Assembly: GCA_963737405.1 (NCBI GenBank)
Contig: CAVTSL010000005.1
Coordinates: 226,145-290,144 of the forward strand
Reading direction: 5' to 3'
DNA from: an uncultured Actinomycetes bacterium
GTDB lineage: Bacteria; Actinomycetota; Thermoleophilia; Gaiellales; Gaiellaceae
DNA length: 64,000 nt
Of the stretch, positions 54,491-63,138 are shown piece by piece. The translations under genes were made by a program, and so were the position numbers. The notes under the pieces were generated by a model. That model was not told the DNA's origin. It saw only the letters and a program-made list of their open reading frames with translations, and made no database searches. Numbering within the stretch: the first letter of the stretch is position 1; the number at the start of each line of letters is the position of its first letter.

Positions 54491-54560
54491 GACTGAGGAC
54501 GCCGCATCGGGGTGACCAGCGCGGCCCGACGGCACAGCGCCTACTTCGCCGAACCCTCCT

Positions 54561-56098
54561 CTACTTGAGGTCAGCGAGGATCTCGTCCGCGGCGCGCTCG
54601 CCCGTCTCCACCGCCCCGTTCAAGTAGCCCTGGAAGTCGATCGAGGTGTGCTCGCCGGCGAAGTGGCACGTTCCTTGCCGCCTGCCCTCCATCCCGGCGA
54701 ACTTCGTGTACTGCCCCACCTTCCAGTACGAGTACGACCCCTTCGCCCACGGGTTCGCGGGCCAGAAGTCGACGAATGCCTTGCCGTTGTAGGCCTGGGT
54801 CAGGCCGGGAAGCACGGGCTCGATCTGTGCGAGGAACTGCTGCGCGCGCGACTGGGCCGTGCCGCTGCCGAAGCTCGCGCCGACCTTCCCGCCGGTGTAG
54901 TCGACGAGGATCCCGGACGTGCCGGGCTGCGCGCGCGTGACCTCCCAGGTGCTCTGGTAGCCCGCGGTCGGAGTACGTCTCGCCGCTGAAGCCTTGCGGG
55001 CTCCAGACGCGCTTCGAGAACTGGACGTGGAGCTTCGAGTTGGTGCCCATCCCCTGCTCCCGGATCGCCGTCTCTTTCAGCGGCTCCCAGCCGGCCTTCG
55101 AGAAGTCGACCGACCGATCGCATGATCGAGAACGGAAGCGCGAGGACGACGCGATCGGCGGTGATCGTCTTCGTCGCCGACCCTTGCCTGAACGTCAGCT
55201 CCCAGCGTCCGGCCGCGGTGACGCGGATCGCGACGAGCTCGGAGCCGGTCGTGATCTGACCGGCGAGCCGCTGCTCCAGCCGCGCGGGCACCTGGTCGTT
55301 GCCGCCCTACGACGTGGTACTTCTCGTTCGAGGCGCCGAAGATCCGCAGGTTGCCGGCCCCGCGATAGCCCAGCAGGTAGACGAGGTTCAAGCGAGCTCT
55401 GCTCGGCCGACTCGGCACCGTACTCGATGTTGTAGGCGACGTTGAGAAGCTGGCCGATCTTCGAGTCGATCCCGCCCGGGAACGTCTCGTCGATCCAGTC
55501 GACGATCGACATCCGGTCGAGCTCTCGTCCGCGCGCTGTGAAGCTGTCGAACGTCGTCGGGTAGCTCGCGGCCGAGAGATCCTTGTGGAGCTTCTGCCAG
55601 CCCGCCTTGAGGTCGGCGGTCGCCTGCGCGTAGGAGTAGCGCGCTCCGTCGAACCAGTTCGTCTGCTCGTTGCCGTCCTCCGCCGAGAGCAGGTTGTCGA
55701 GCTTCAGCCCGAGCTCCGACGCGAGCTGCCTGAGCTGCGTGTGACCCTGGTCGATGAGCTCGCCGCCGTGCTCGGCGATCTGCCCCTCGGCGAAGAAGCC
55801 GCGAAGCGTCCAGCAGCGCCCGCCGATGCGGTCGGACGCCTCGTGCACCTCCGCGACGACCCCGGCCTGCTTCAGCCGGTACGCGGCGGTGAGGCCGGCG
55901 AGCCCGGCACCGACGACGACGACCTTCCCGGGTGGGGTCGCCGCGCCTGCGCGCGACGCGAGGACCCCGAATGCGGTCGTCGCCGCGCCCGCAGCTGCGG
56001 CGTCGCGCAGGAAGTCGCGCCTGCTCGAGCGGCGCTCCTCCGCCGCGACGTCGCGCAGTGATCCGCTGGAGCGTGCCCAGCAGTGGTGTTCTCGCCAT
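54561..56098 (-). pseudogene. flavin-containing amine oxidase (Tat-signal) disrupted by five +1 frameshifts
   Basis: ATG at 56098 follows GGGAGAGGAGAGGGG. After removing one base at each of five sites, the reading is continuous: MARTPLL|ARSS...SRRDFLRDAAAAGAATTAF...VVVVGAGLAGL...AEQSSL|NLVYLLGYRGAGNLRIFGASNEKYHVVG|GNDQVPARLEQ...LPFSIMRSV|VDFSKAGWEPLKETAIREQGMGTNSKLHVQF...YSDRG|YQSTWEV...HFAGEHTS...ADLK. The sites are at + strand 56076-78, 55390-91, 55305-07, 55110-15 and 54961-63. Confidence 0.85.
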
Positions 56099-56120
56099 GC
56101 CCCTCTCCTCTCCCTCGTCG

Positions 56121-57584
56121 TCAGTGCCCGGCAGCCCCGTTCGACGGAACGGCGCTGCGGGCCCGCAGTGCCTGGGTTGCCTTGACGGCCAGCCAGAGCT
56201 CCATCCGCTGCTCGGGCTCGTCCGGATGCCGCCCCGTCTGCTCCCGCAGGCGATCCATCCGATAGCGGAGCGTGTGCCGGTGGATGCCGAGGCGGTCTGC
56301 GGCCTCGCTCCAGCGGCAGCCCGACTCGAGCAGCACGGACAGCGAGTCCGCGAGCCGGGGGTTCGTCGCGCTCGCGCCGAGCACGCGGTCGACGAACGCC
56401 TCGAGCGCTGCATCGGGCAGCGAGAGCAAGAGCTCGAGCGAGCCGAGGTCGCGATAGGACGCGACCGGCGTCGTCGCGGAGTCGATCGCCGCGCGCGCCT
56501 CGACGAGTGACCGCCCGAGCGCACGCCCGCGTGCGGGCCGGCCGATCCCGACGCGCGCCGACGGGTCGGCCTCGACGAGCTTGTGCGCGAGCGCGAGCGC
56601 GTCCTCCTCGGTCTCGACCTCGACGAGGAAGCCGGCGCGGTCCGGCCTCGCGGTCGAGAGGTAGCGGACGGAGCGGCGGTCGAGCAGGTCTGCGACTTCG
56701 CCGCGGACGCGCTCGCCGGTCGTGCCGTTCGACGCGGGCACGGCGAGGAGCGCGGCGTGCGAGCGGGCAGGGTCGAGCCCGAACGCCGCCATCCGGCGCG
56801 ACGCCTCGCGATCGTCGAGGCGGTCGCTCTCGAGGTCCTCGAGCAGGTCGCCGGCGAGCCGCAGCTCGGCCGCGCTCACCGCACGGCGGCGCGAGAGCTC
56901 GAAGCCGAGCGCCGTCTGACCGTGGTGCAGCACGAGGCGGTCGTACTCGCCGAACGGACGTCCTTCGCGCGCCGCCTTGAGGATCGCGCCGCCGCCGAGC
57001 GGGAGCTCGAGCGCGGCGTCGAACGAGGCACGCCCGCCCGTGTGCCGCTCCGCCACGACGCGCGACCGCTCGTCGAGCAGGGCGAGCGAGCAGCCGAGAT
57101 GACCGCTCACGATCGAGAGCAGCGCCTGCAGGCCCCGACCCTCGAGGACGGCCTCGGCAAGCCGCTCGTTCACCTCGAGCGCGCGTGTCAGGCGCTCGAG
57201 CTGGTCGTTCGCGAGCCGTGCGCCGGCCGCCTTCGTGATCGCGACGAACGGCACCTCGTAGGGCACCGCGATCACGGGGAAGCCGAGCTTGTTCGCCTCC
57301 TCGACGAGCGCGGGCGGCGTCTCGGAGAAGCCGAAGCCGAGGCCGAAGCCGAGGCCCGCGAGCCCGTGCTTCGCCAGCCGCCGGAGGTACGCCCGCTGCG
57401 TCGTCGCCAGCTCGCCGACCCCGAGACCCGTGGTCAGGAGCAGCTCGCCGCCCTCGAGGAACGCCGTCGGATCGTCGAGCTCGGAGACGTGGAGCCAGGT
57501 CACCTCGGTGGCCAAGCCGTCCGCGCCGGCGGCGACGGTGAGGCCGAGGCCCTCGAACTCGGCGATGTCGCGGACGGTCAGCAC
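56121..57584 (-). CDS. PucR family transcriptional regulator
   Basis: GTG at 57584. N-terminal purine-catabolism-regulator-like domain (VTWLHVSELDDPTAFLEGGELLLTTG). C-terminal HTH ADRLGIHRHTLRYRMDRL. Confidence 0.85.
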   Translation of the reverse strand: MLTVRDIAEFEGLGLTVAAGADGLATEVTWLHVSELDDPTAFLEGGELLLTTGLGVGELATTQRAYLRRLAKHGLAGLGFGLGFGFSETPPALVEEANKLGFPVIAVPYEVPFVAITKAAGARLANDQLERLTRALEVNERLAEAVLEGRGLQALLSIVSGHLGCSLALLDERSRVVAERHTGGRASFDAALELPLGGGAILKAAREGRPFGEYDRLVLHHGQTALGFELSRRRAVSAAELRLAGDLLEDLESDRLDDREASRRMAAFGLDPARSHAALLAVPASNGTTGERVRGEVADLLDRRSVRYLSTARPDRAGFLVEVETEEDALALAHKLVEADPSARVGIGRPARGRALGRSLVEARAAIDSATTPVASYRDLGSLELLLSLPDAALEAFVDRVLGASATNPRLADSLSVLLESGCRWSEAADRLGIHRHTLRYRMDRLREQTGRHPDEPEQRMELWLAVKATQALRARSAVPSNGAAGH

Positions 57585-57744
57585 TCCGACACCACGGCCA
57601 AAGCTAGGGCCGTCCGGCGGCGATTGCAAGCCGCCTCTCGGCCAAGTCGTCCGAAGCGGACTCGACGCCGGGTCCAAAACAGCCGTCCGGATTCCTCCTC
57701 TTCGTCTCTTGCCCGCACGGCCCGTTCGTGGGTTGGATTGCGCC

Positions 57745-59037
57745 GTGGCGTTGCAGGAAGTGCGGGGCAGCGACCGCGTCGTCGCGGCGCGGCAGCAGTA
57801 CGTCGCGCGAGGCATCTCGACCCCGCAGCTGGTGGTCGACCGCGCCGAGGGTGCGCGGGTCTGGGACGTGGACGGGCGGGAGTACGTCGACTTCGCCGGT
57901 GGGCTCGGCTGCCAGAACACGGGACACGGCCTGCCCGCGGCCGTCGCGGCGATCCACGAGCAGGTCGACCGCTACCTGCACCAGTGCTTCATGGTCGGGA
58001 TGTACGAGCCGTACATCGAGGTCTGCCGCCGCCTCGCAGAGCTCTCGCCCTGCACGGGCGACGAGCAGCGCTCGCTGCTCCTGAACTCGGGCGCGGAAGC
58101 GGTCGAGAACGCCGTCAAGATCGCGCGCGCGGCGACCGGCCGGCCCGCAGTGATCGTCTTCGACGGCTCGTTCCACGGCAGGACGCTCCTGACGATGACG
58201 ATGACCTCGAAGGTCACGTACCGGCGCGGGTTCGGCCCGTTCGCGCCCGAGGTCTACCGCGCACCCGCGCCGTATCCCTACCGCGGCGTCGACACCGCCC
58301 AGGCGATCGCCGGGCTGGAGGAGCTCTTCCTGCGCGAGGTCGACCCCGAGAGCGTGGCCTGCGTCGTGCTCGAGCCGGTGCAGGGCGAGGGCGGCTTCAT
58401 CGTGATGCCGGACGACTTCCCGCGTGCGCTCCGGGAGGTCTGCGACCGGCACGGGATCCTCTACGTCGACGACGAGGTCCAGTCGGGCGTCGGCCGAACC
58501 GGCCCCGTCTGGGCGATCGAGCACTACGGCGTGCAGCCCGACCTGCTCGTCTCGGGCAAGTCACTCGGCGGCGGGCTGCCACTTGCCGGCGTCACGGGGC
58601 GCGCCGACGTGATGGACGCGCCCGCGCCCGGCGGTCTCGGCGGCACGTTCGGCGGGAACCCGGCCGCGTGCGCCGCCGCGTGCGTCGTGCTCGACGAGGT
58701 CGCGACGCCGGAGTTCCGCGCGAGCTCCGAGCGGCTCGGCGCGCTCCTCCGCGACCGGCTCGACGCGCTCGCCGAGCGCGTGCCGCAGGTCGGAGAGGTG
58801 CGCGGTCTCGGCCCGATGCTCGCGCTCGAGCTCGTGCACGATCGCGAGTCGAAACGGCCCGCCCCCGAGCTCGCGAAGGCCACGACGACCGGTGCGCTCG
58901 AGCGCGGCCTGATCCTCCTGAGCTGCGGGCTGCACGGAAACGTCGTCCGGATCCTCGTCCCGCTCGTAGCATCCGACGACGAGCTGAACCGTGGCCTCGA
59001 GATCCTGGAGGAGGCGCTTGTCGGCGCTGCCGGCTGA
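57745..59037 (+). CDS. gabT: 4-aminobutyrate--2-oxoglutarate transaminase (class III aminotransferase)
   Basis: DFAGGLGCQNTGH, SGAEAVENAVKIAR, DEVQSGVGRTG and the PLP-Lys motif VSGKSLGGGLP. The GTG start at 57745 is uncertain by a few codons. Confidence 0.9.
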   Translation: MALQEVRGSDRVVAARQQYVARGISTPQLVVDRAEGARVWDVDGREYVDFAGGLGCQNTGHGLPAAVAAIHEQVDRYLHQCFMVGMYEPYIEVCRRLAELSPCTGDEQRSLLLNSGAEAVENAVKIARAATGRPAVIVFDGSFHGRTLLTMTMTSKVTYRRGFGPFAPEVYRAPAPYPYRGVDTAQAIAGLEELFLREVDPESVACVVLEPVQGEGGFIVMPDDFPRALREVCDRHGILYVDDEVQSGVGRTGPVWAIEHYGVQPDLLVSGKSLGGGLPLAGVTGRADVMDAPAPGGLGGTFGGNPAACAAACVVLDEVATPEFRASSERLGALLRDRLDALAERVPQVGEVRGLGPMLALELVHDRESKRPAPELAKATTTGALERGLILLSCGLHGNVVRILVPLVASDDELNRGLEILEEALVGAAG

Positions 59038-60094
59038 GCGCCCGAGCGAGACGGCGAACCGCGCGGAGCCCGCGGCCGAGCCCGACGTCCGGCTGCGCGG
59101 GCTCCGCAAGCTGTACGGCGACGTCGCCGCGGTCGACGGCGTCGACCTCGACGTCGCGCGCGGCGAGTTCTTCACGATGCTCGGGCCGTCGGGCTCGGGC
59201 AAGACGACGACGCTCCGCCTGATCGCCGGCTTCGAGCGACCAGACGAGGGGACGATCAGCCTCCGCGGCCGCGATGTGAGCGGAGATCCTCCCTACGCCC
59301 GCGACGTCAACACCGTCTTCCAGGACTACGCGCTCTTCCCGCACATGACGGTCGACGAGAACGTCGCGTACGGGCTGAAGATCAGACGCGTCCCGCGCGC
59401 CGAGCGGCGCACCCGCGTTGCCGATGCGCTCGAGACGGTCCGGCTCACGGGCTACGGCGAGCGACGTCCGTCGCAGCTCTCGGGCGGCCAGCGCCAGCGT
59501 GTCGCGCTCGCGCGCGCGCTCGTCAACCACCCGCAGGTGCTCCTGCTCGACGAGCCCCTCGGCGCGCTCGACCTGAAGCTGCGCCAGGAGATGCAGATCG
59601 AGCTGAAGCGCATCCAGCGCGAGGTGGGCATCACCTTCATCTACGTCACGCACGACCAGGACGAGGCACTGACGATGAGCGACCGCCTCGCCGTCTTCAA
59701 CCAGGGCAAGATCGAGCAGGTCGGCCCGCCGGCAGAGGTCTACGAGCATCCGCGCACCGAGTTCGTGGCCGGGTTCGTCGGCGTCTCGAACCTGCTCGCG
59801 AGGGACGGAGCAATGATCAGCGTCCGGCCGGAGAAGATCCGGATCCTCGGCGCAGCAGAGCCGGAGGAGGCCGGCACGCAGGTCGAGAGGGGAACGATCC
59901 GAGAGGTCGTCTATGCCGGGATGGCGACCCGCTACATCGTGGAGCTGGACGCCGGCGGCGAGCTGACCGTCGTCGTCCAGAACCTCGAGACGACCTCGGC
60001 ACAGGCGCTCGAGGCGCGCGGCCGCAGTGTGCGGTTGCAGTGGCGCCCCGAGCACACACTCACACTCGAGACGGGGGAGAAGGAGCTTCGATGA
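59018..60094 (+). CDS. spermidine/putrescine-type ABC transporter ATP-binding protein
   Basis: GPSGSGKTT, LSGGQRQRVALARAL and LLLDEP, with a C-terminal TOBE-like domain. TTG at 59018 is preceded by GGAGGAGG. The alternative start is GTG at 58991. Confidence 0.88.
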   Translation: MSALPAERPSETANRAEPAAEPDVRLRGLRKLYGDVAAVDGVDLDVARGEFFTMLGPSGSGKTTTLRLIAGFERPDEGTISLRGRDVSGDPPYARDVNTVFQDYALFPHMTVDENVAYGLKIRRVPRAERRTRVADALETVRLTGYGERRPSQLSGGQRQRVALARALVNHPQVLLLDEPLGALDLKLRQEMQIELKRIQREVGITFIYVTHDQDEALTMSDRLAVFNQGKIEQVGPPAEVYEHPRTEFVAGFVGVSNLLARDGAMISVRPEKIRILGAAEPEEAGTQVERGTIREVVYAGMATRYIVELDAGGELTVVVQNLETTSAQALEARGRSVRLQWRPEHTLTLETGEKELR

Positions 60095-61302
60095 CACGCA
60101 GGCGAAGGACGTTTCTCTGGGCATGCGTCGTCGTCGTCGTGGGGACGCTGGCGGTCCTCGCAGGGTGCGGCGGCGACGACGACAACGAGAGCGCGGGAGG
60201 CGCGACGACGACGGAGGCGGCAGGCGGGCCGATGCAGCAGTCCGTCGGCGAGGGCGAAGGCCGCGTCGACCTGATCGCGTGGGCCGGCTACGTGGAGGAC
60301 GGCTCGACGGATCCGAAGGTCGACTGGGTGACGGACTTCGAGAAGGAGACCGGCTGCCAGGTGAACGTGAAGATCGGCAACACGTCGGACGAGATGGTGA
60401 CGCTGATGCGCACCGGGAACTACGACGGCGTGTCGGCGTCCGGCGACGCGACGCTGCGACTGATCGCGGCCGGTGACGTGGCGCCGGTCAACACCAAACT
60501 GATCCCGAACTACGCGGACGTGTTCGACGGGCTCAAGAACCAGAAGCACAACTCCGTCAACGGCCAGATGTACGGCGTCCCGCACGGCCGCGGCGCGAAC
60601 CTGCTGATGTGGCGGAGCGACAAGGTCACTCCTGCTCCCGACTCGTGGGGCGTCGTGTTCGACGAGAACTCGCCGTACAAGGGCAAGGTCACGGCGTACG
60701 ACTCGCCGATCTACATCGCCGATGCGGCGCTGTACCTGATGAAGACGCAGCCGGACCTCGGGATCAAGAACCCGTACGCGCTCGACGACAAGCAGTTCCA
60801 GGCGGCGGTCGACCTGCTCAAGAAGCAGCGGGGCATCGTCGGCGAGTACTGGTCCGACTACACGAAGGAGCAGGCGGCGTTCAAGTCGGGCGACACGGTG
60901 CTCGGCACGACGTGGCAGGTGATCGCGAACCTGCTGGCCGCGGACAAGGTCAAGGTGCAGACGCTGCTTCCGAAGGAGGGCTCGACCGGGTGGTCCGACA
61001 CCTGGATGATCTCGTCGAAGGCGAAGCACCCGAACTGCATGTACAAGTGGATGAACCACATCATCTCGGCGAAGGCGAACGCCGAGGTGGCTGAGTGGTT
61101 CGGTGAGGCGCCGTCGAACAAGAAGTCGTGCGCGCTCACGGCCGCGAAGGACCACTGCTCGCTGTACCACGCGAGCGACGAGGCGTACTTCAAGAAGGTC
61201 TGGTACTGGACGACCCCGACGAAGGCGTGCCTCGACGGTCGCGGGTCCATCTGCAAGGACTACTCCGAGTGGGTGCAGGCCTGGACCGAAGTGAAGGGGT
61301 AA
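60091..61302 (+). CDS. ABC transporter substrate-binding lipoprotein (PotD/PotF-like)
   Basis: ATGA overlap with the ATPase. Lipobox LAVLAGCGG. Periplasmic-binding-protein-like sequence. Confidence 0.85.
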   Translation: MTRRRRTFLWACVVVVVGTLAVLAGCGGDDDNESAGGATTTEAAGGPMQQSVGEGEGRVDLIAWAGYVEDGSTDPKVDWVTDFEKETGCQVNVKIGNTSDEMVTLMRTGNYDGVSASGDATLRLIAAGDVAPVNTKLIPNYADVFDGLKNQKHNSVNGQMYGVPHGRGANLLMWRSDKVTPAPDSWGVVFDENSPYKGKVTAYDSPIYIADAALYLMKTQPDLGIKNPYALDDKQFQAAVDLLKKQRGIVGEYWSDYTKEQAAFKSGDTVLGTTWQVIANLLAADKVKVQTLLPKEGSTGWSDTWMISSKAKHPNCMYKWMNHIISAKANAEVAEWFGEAPSNKKSCALTAAKDHCSLYHASDEAYFKKVWYWTTPTKACLDGRGSICKDYSEWVQAWTEVKG

Positions 61303-62208
61303 TTGGAGGCGACCGCTTCCGTTGAGAGGGCGCCCCGGCAGTCGCTGGGGCGCCGTCTCTCCACCTTCTTCTTCCGCCGGCCGCGCCTTCGCGTCTCGGC
61401 GCTCCTGGCCGCACCGCTCGGCTGGCTGCTGATCGCGTACCTCGGCTCGCTGATCGTGCTGTTCGTCGCGGCGTTCTGGCGGCTCGACCCGTTCACCGCC
61501 GAGGTGATCCACGACTACTCGTTCGGGAACTTCCGGACGCTCTGGGAGACCGACGTCTACCGGACGATCGCGCTCCGCACGATCGGCATCGCGGCGGCGG
61601 TGACGGTGATCGACGCCGTGCTCGCGTTCCCGATCGCCTTCTACATGGCGAAGGTGGCCTCGCCGCGGGCTCGCTCGCTGCTCGTCGTCGCGATCCTCAT
61701 GCCGCTGTGGGCGAGCTACCTGGTGAAGGTCTACGCCTGGCGGATCATCCTCCAGGGCGACGGGCCCCTGAACTGGGCGCTCGACCCGTTCGGCCTCAGC
61801 GGCCCGGGCTACGGCAACGTCGCCGGCGTGATCGTGTTCTCGTACCTCTGGCTGCCGTACATGATCCTCCCGCTCTACGCCGGGCTCGAGCGGATCCCCG
61901 ACTCGCTGCTCGAGGCGTCCGCCGACCTCGGCGGGAAGGCCGGGCGGACGTTCCGCCGCGTGATCCTGCCGCTCGCGTTCCCCGCGCTCGTCGCGGGCTC
62001 GATCTTCACGTTCTCGCTGACGCTCGGCGACTACATCACGCCGCAGATCGTGATGGCCGGGCACCAGTTCATCGGGAACGTCGTCTACACGAACGTCGGC
62101 ATCGCGAACAACCTGCCGCTCGCCGCGGCGTTCGCGACGGTGCCGGTCGCGGTCATGGTCGTCTACCTGCTCCTCGCGCGGCGCGCGGGCGCGTTCTCGA
62201 GCCTGTGA
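61303..62208 (+). CDS. ABC transporter permease (PotB-like)
   Basis: Six TM segments with the EAA-type loop LLEASADLGGKAGRTFRRVILPL. Confidence 0.88.
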   Translation: MEATASVERAPRQSLGRRLSTFFFRRPRLRVSALLAAPLGWLLIAYLGSLIVLFVAAFWRLDPFTAEVIHDYSFGNFRTLWETDVYRTIALRTIGIAAAVTVIDAVLAFPIAFYMAKVASPRARSLLVVAILMPLWASYLVKVYAWRIILQGDGPLNWALDPFGLSGPGYGNVAGVIVFSYLWLPYMILPLYAGLERIPDSLLEASADLGGKAGRTFRRVILPLAFPALVAGSIFTFSLTLGDYITPQIVMAGHQFIGNVVYTNVGIANNLPLAAAFATVPVAVMVVYLLLARRAGAFSSL

Positions 62209-63035
62209 CGCTCGGGCCGGTCGCGAAGTGGCTGCTGCGCGGCGGCACCGCGCTGACCCTCGTCTTCGTCTACGTGCCCCTCCTGATCATCGCGCTCTAC
62301 GCGTTCAACGAGAGCCGCATCCAGGCGTGGCCGATCGAAGGCTTCACGCTGCAGTGGTTCGAGCGCGCGCTGCACAACCAGGGAGCGCGGGATGCGCTCT
62401 GGGTGTCGATCAAGGCGGCGCTCGGGGCGACGCTGCTCGCGCTCGTGCTCGGCACGCTCGCCTCGCTCGCGGTCTCGCGCTACCGCTTCTTCGGCCGCGA
62501 GACGATCTCGTTCTTCATCATCCTCCCGATCGCGCTGCCGGGGATCGTGACCGGGATGGCGCTCAACGCGACCTTCAACACGGTGGGCCTCTCGCTCGGG
62601 CTGCTGACGATCGTGATCGGCCACGCGACGTTCTGCATCGTCTTGATCTACAACAACGCGGTCGCCCGGCTGCGGCGGGTGTCCGAGCACCTCGAGGAGG
62701 CCTCCGCCGACCTCGGGGCGGACTCGTGGCAGACGTTCCGCTACATCACGTTCCCGCAGCTCCGCTCGGCGCTCCTCGCCGGCGCGCTCCTGGCGTTCGC
62801 GCTCTCGTTCGACGAGGTGATCGTGACGACCTTCACCGCGGGGCCCGACTTCACGCTGCCGATCTGGATCCTCAACAACCTGTCGCGGCCGAACCAGCTG
62901 CCGGTCGTGAACGTCGTCGCGGTGTTCCTGATCCTGCTCTCGACGATCCCGGTCTACCTGGCGACGAGGCTCTCGCGGGACACCGGCGCGGTCGCGCCGA
63001 CCGCGGGCGGCGCGCAGGCCGCCGGCGCCCGCTAA
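62205..63035 (+). CDS. ABC transporter permease (PotC-like)
   Basis: GTGA overlap with the upstream permease. EAA loop LEEASADLGADSWQTFRYITFPQL. Confidence 0.88.
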   Translation: MTLGPVAKWLLRGGTALTLVFVYVPLLIIALYAFNESRIQAWPIEGFTLQWFERALHNQGARDALWVSIKAALGATLLALVLGTLASLAVSRYRFFGRETISFFIILPIALPGIVTGMALNATFNTVGLSLGLLTIVIGHATFCIVLIYNNAVARLRRVSEHLEEASADLGADSWQTFRYITFPQLRSALLAGALLAFALSFDEVIVTTFTAGPDFTLPIWILNNLSRPNQLPVVNVVAVFLILLSTIPVYLATRLSRDTGAVAPTAGGAQAAGAR

Positions 63036-63036
63036 G

Positions 63037-63124
63037 TGGCCTTGTCCACTCCCGATTGGACTTGACCAGCCGCCGCTGATGTGGTGAGGTGTCCGCAGCT
63101 GCGGCGCCAAAGGTCTTGACCACT
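63037..63124 (+). promoter_or_regulatory. three copies of a GG-N-CTTG-W-CCA-S operator-like motif (dre/GntR-type) upstream of the chitinase
   Basis: TGGCCTTGTCCACT (63037-63050), TGGACTTGACCAGC (63057-63070) and AGGTCTTGACCACT (63111-63124). The last copy ends 14 nt before the chitinase GTG and resembles the Streptomyces DasR element TGGTCTAGACCA. Confidence 0.35.
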
Positions 63125-63138
63125 CGAGAGGGGGAGCC

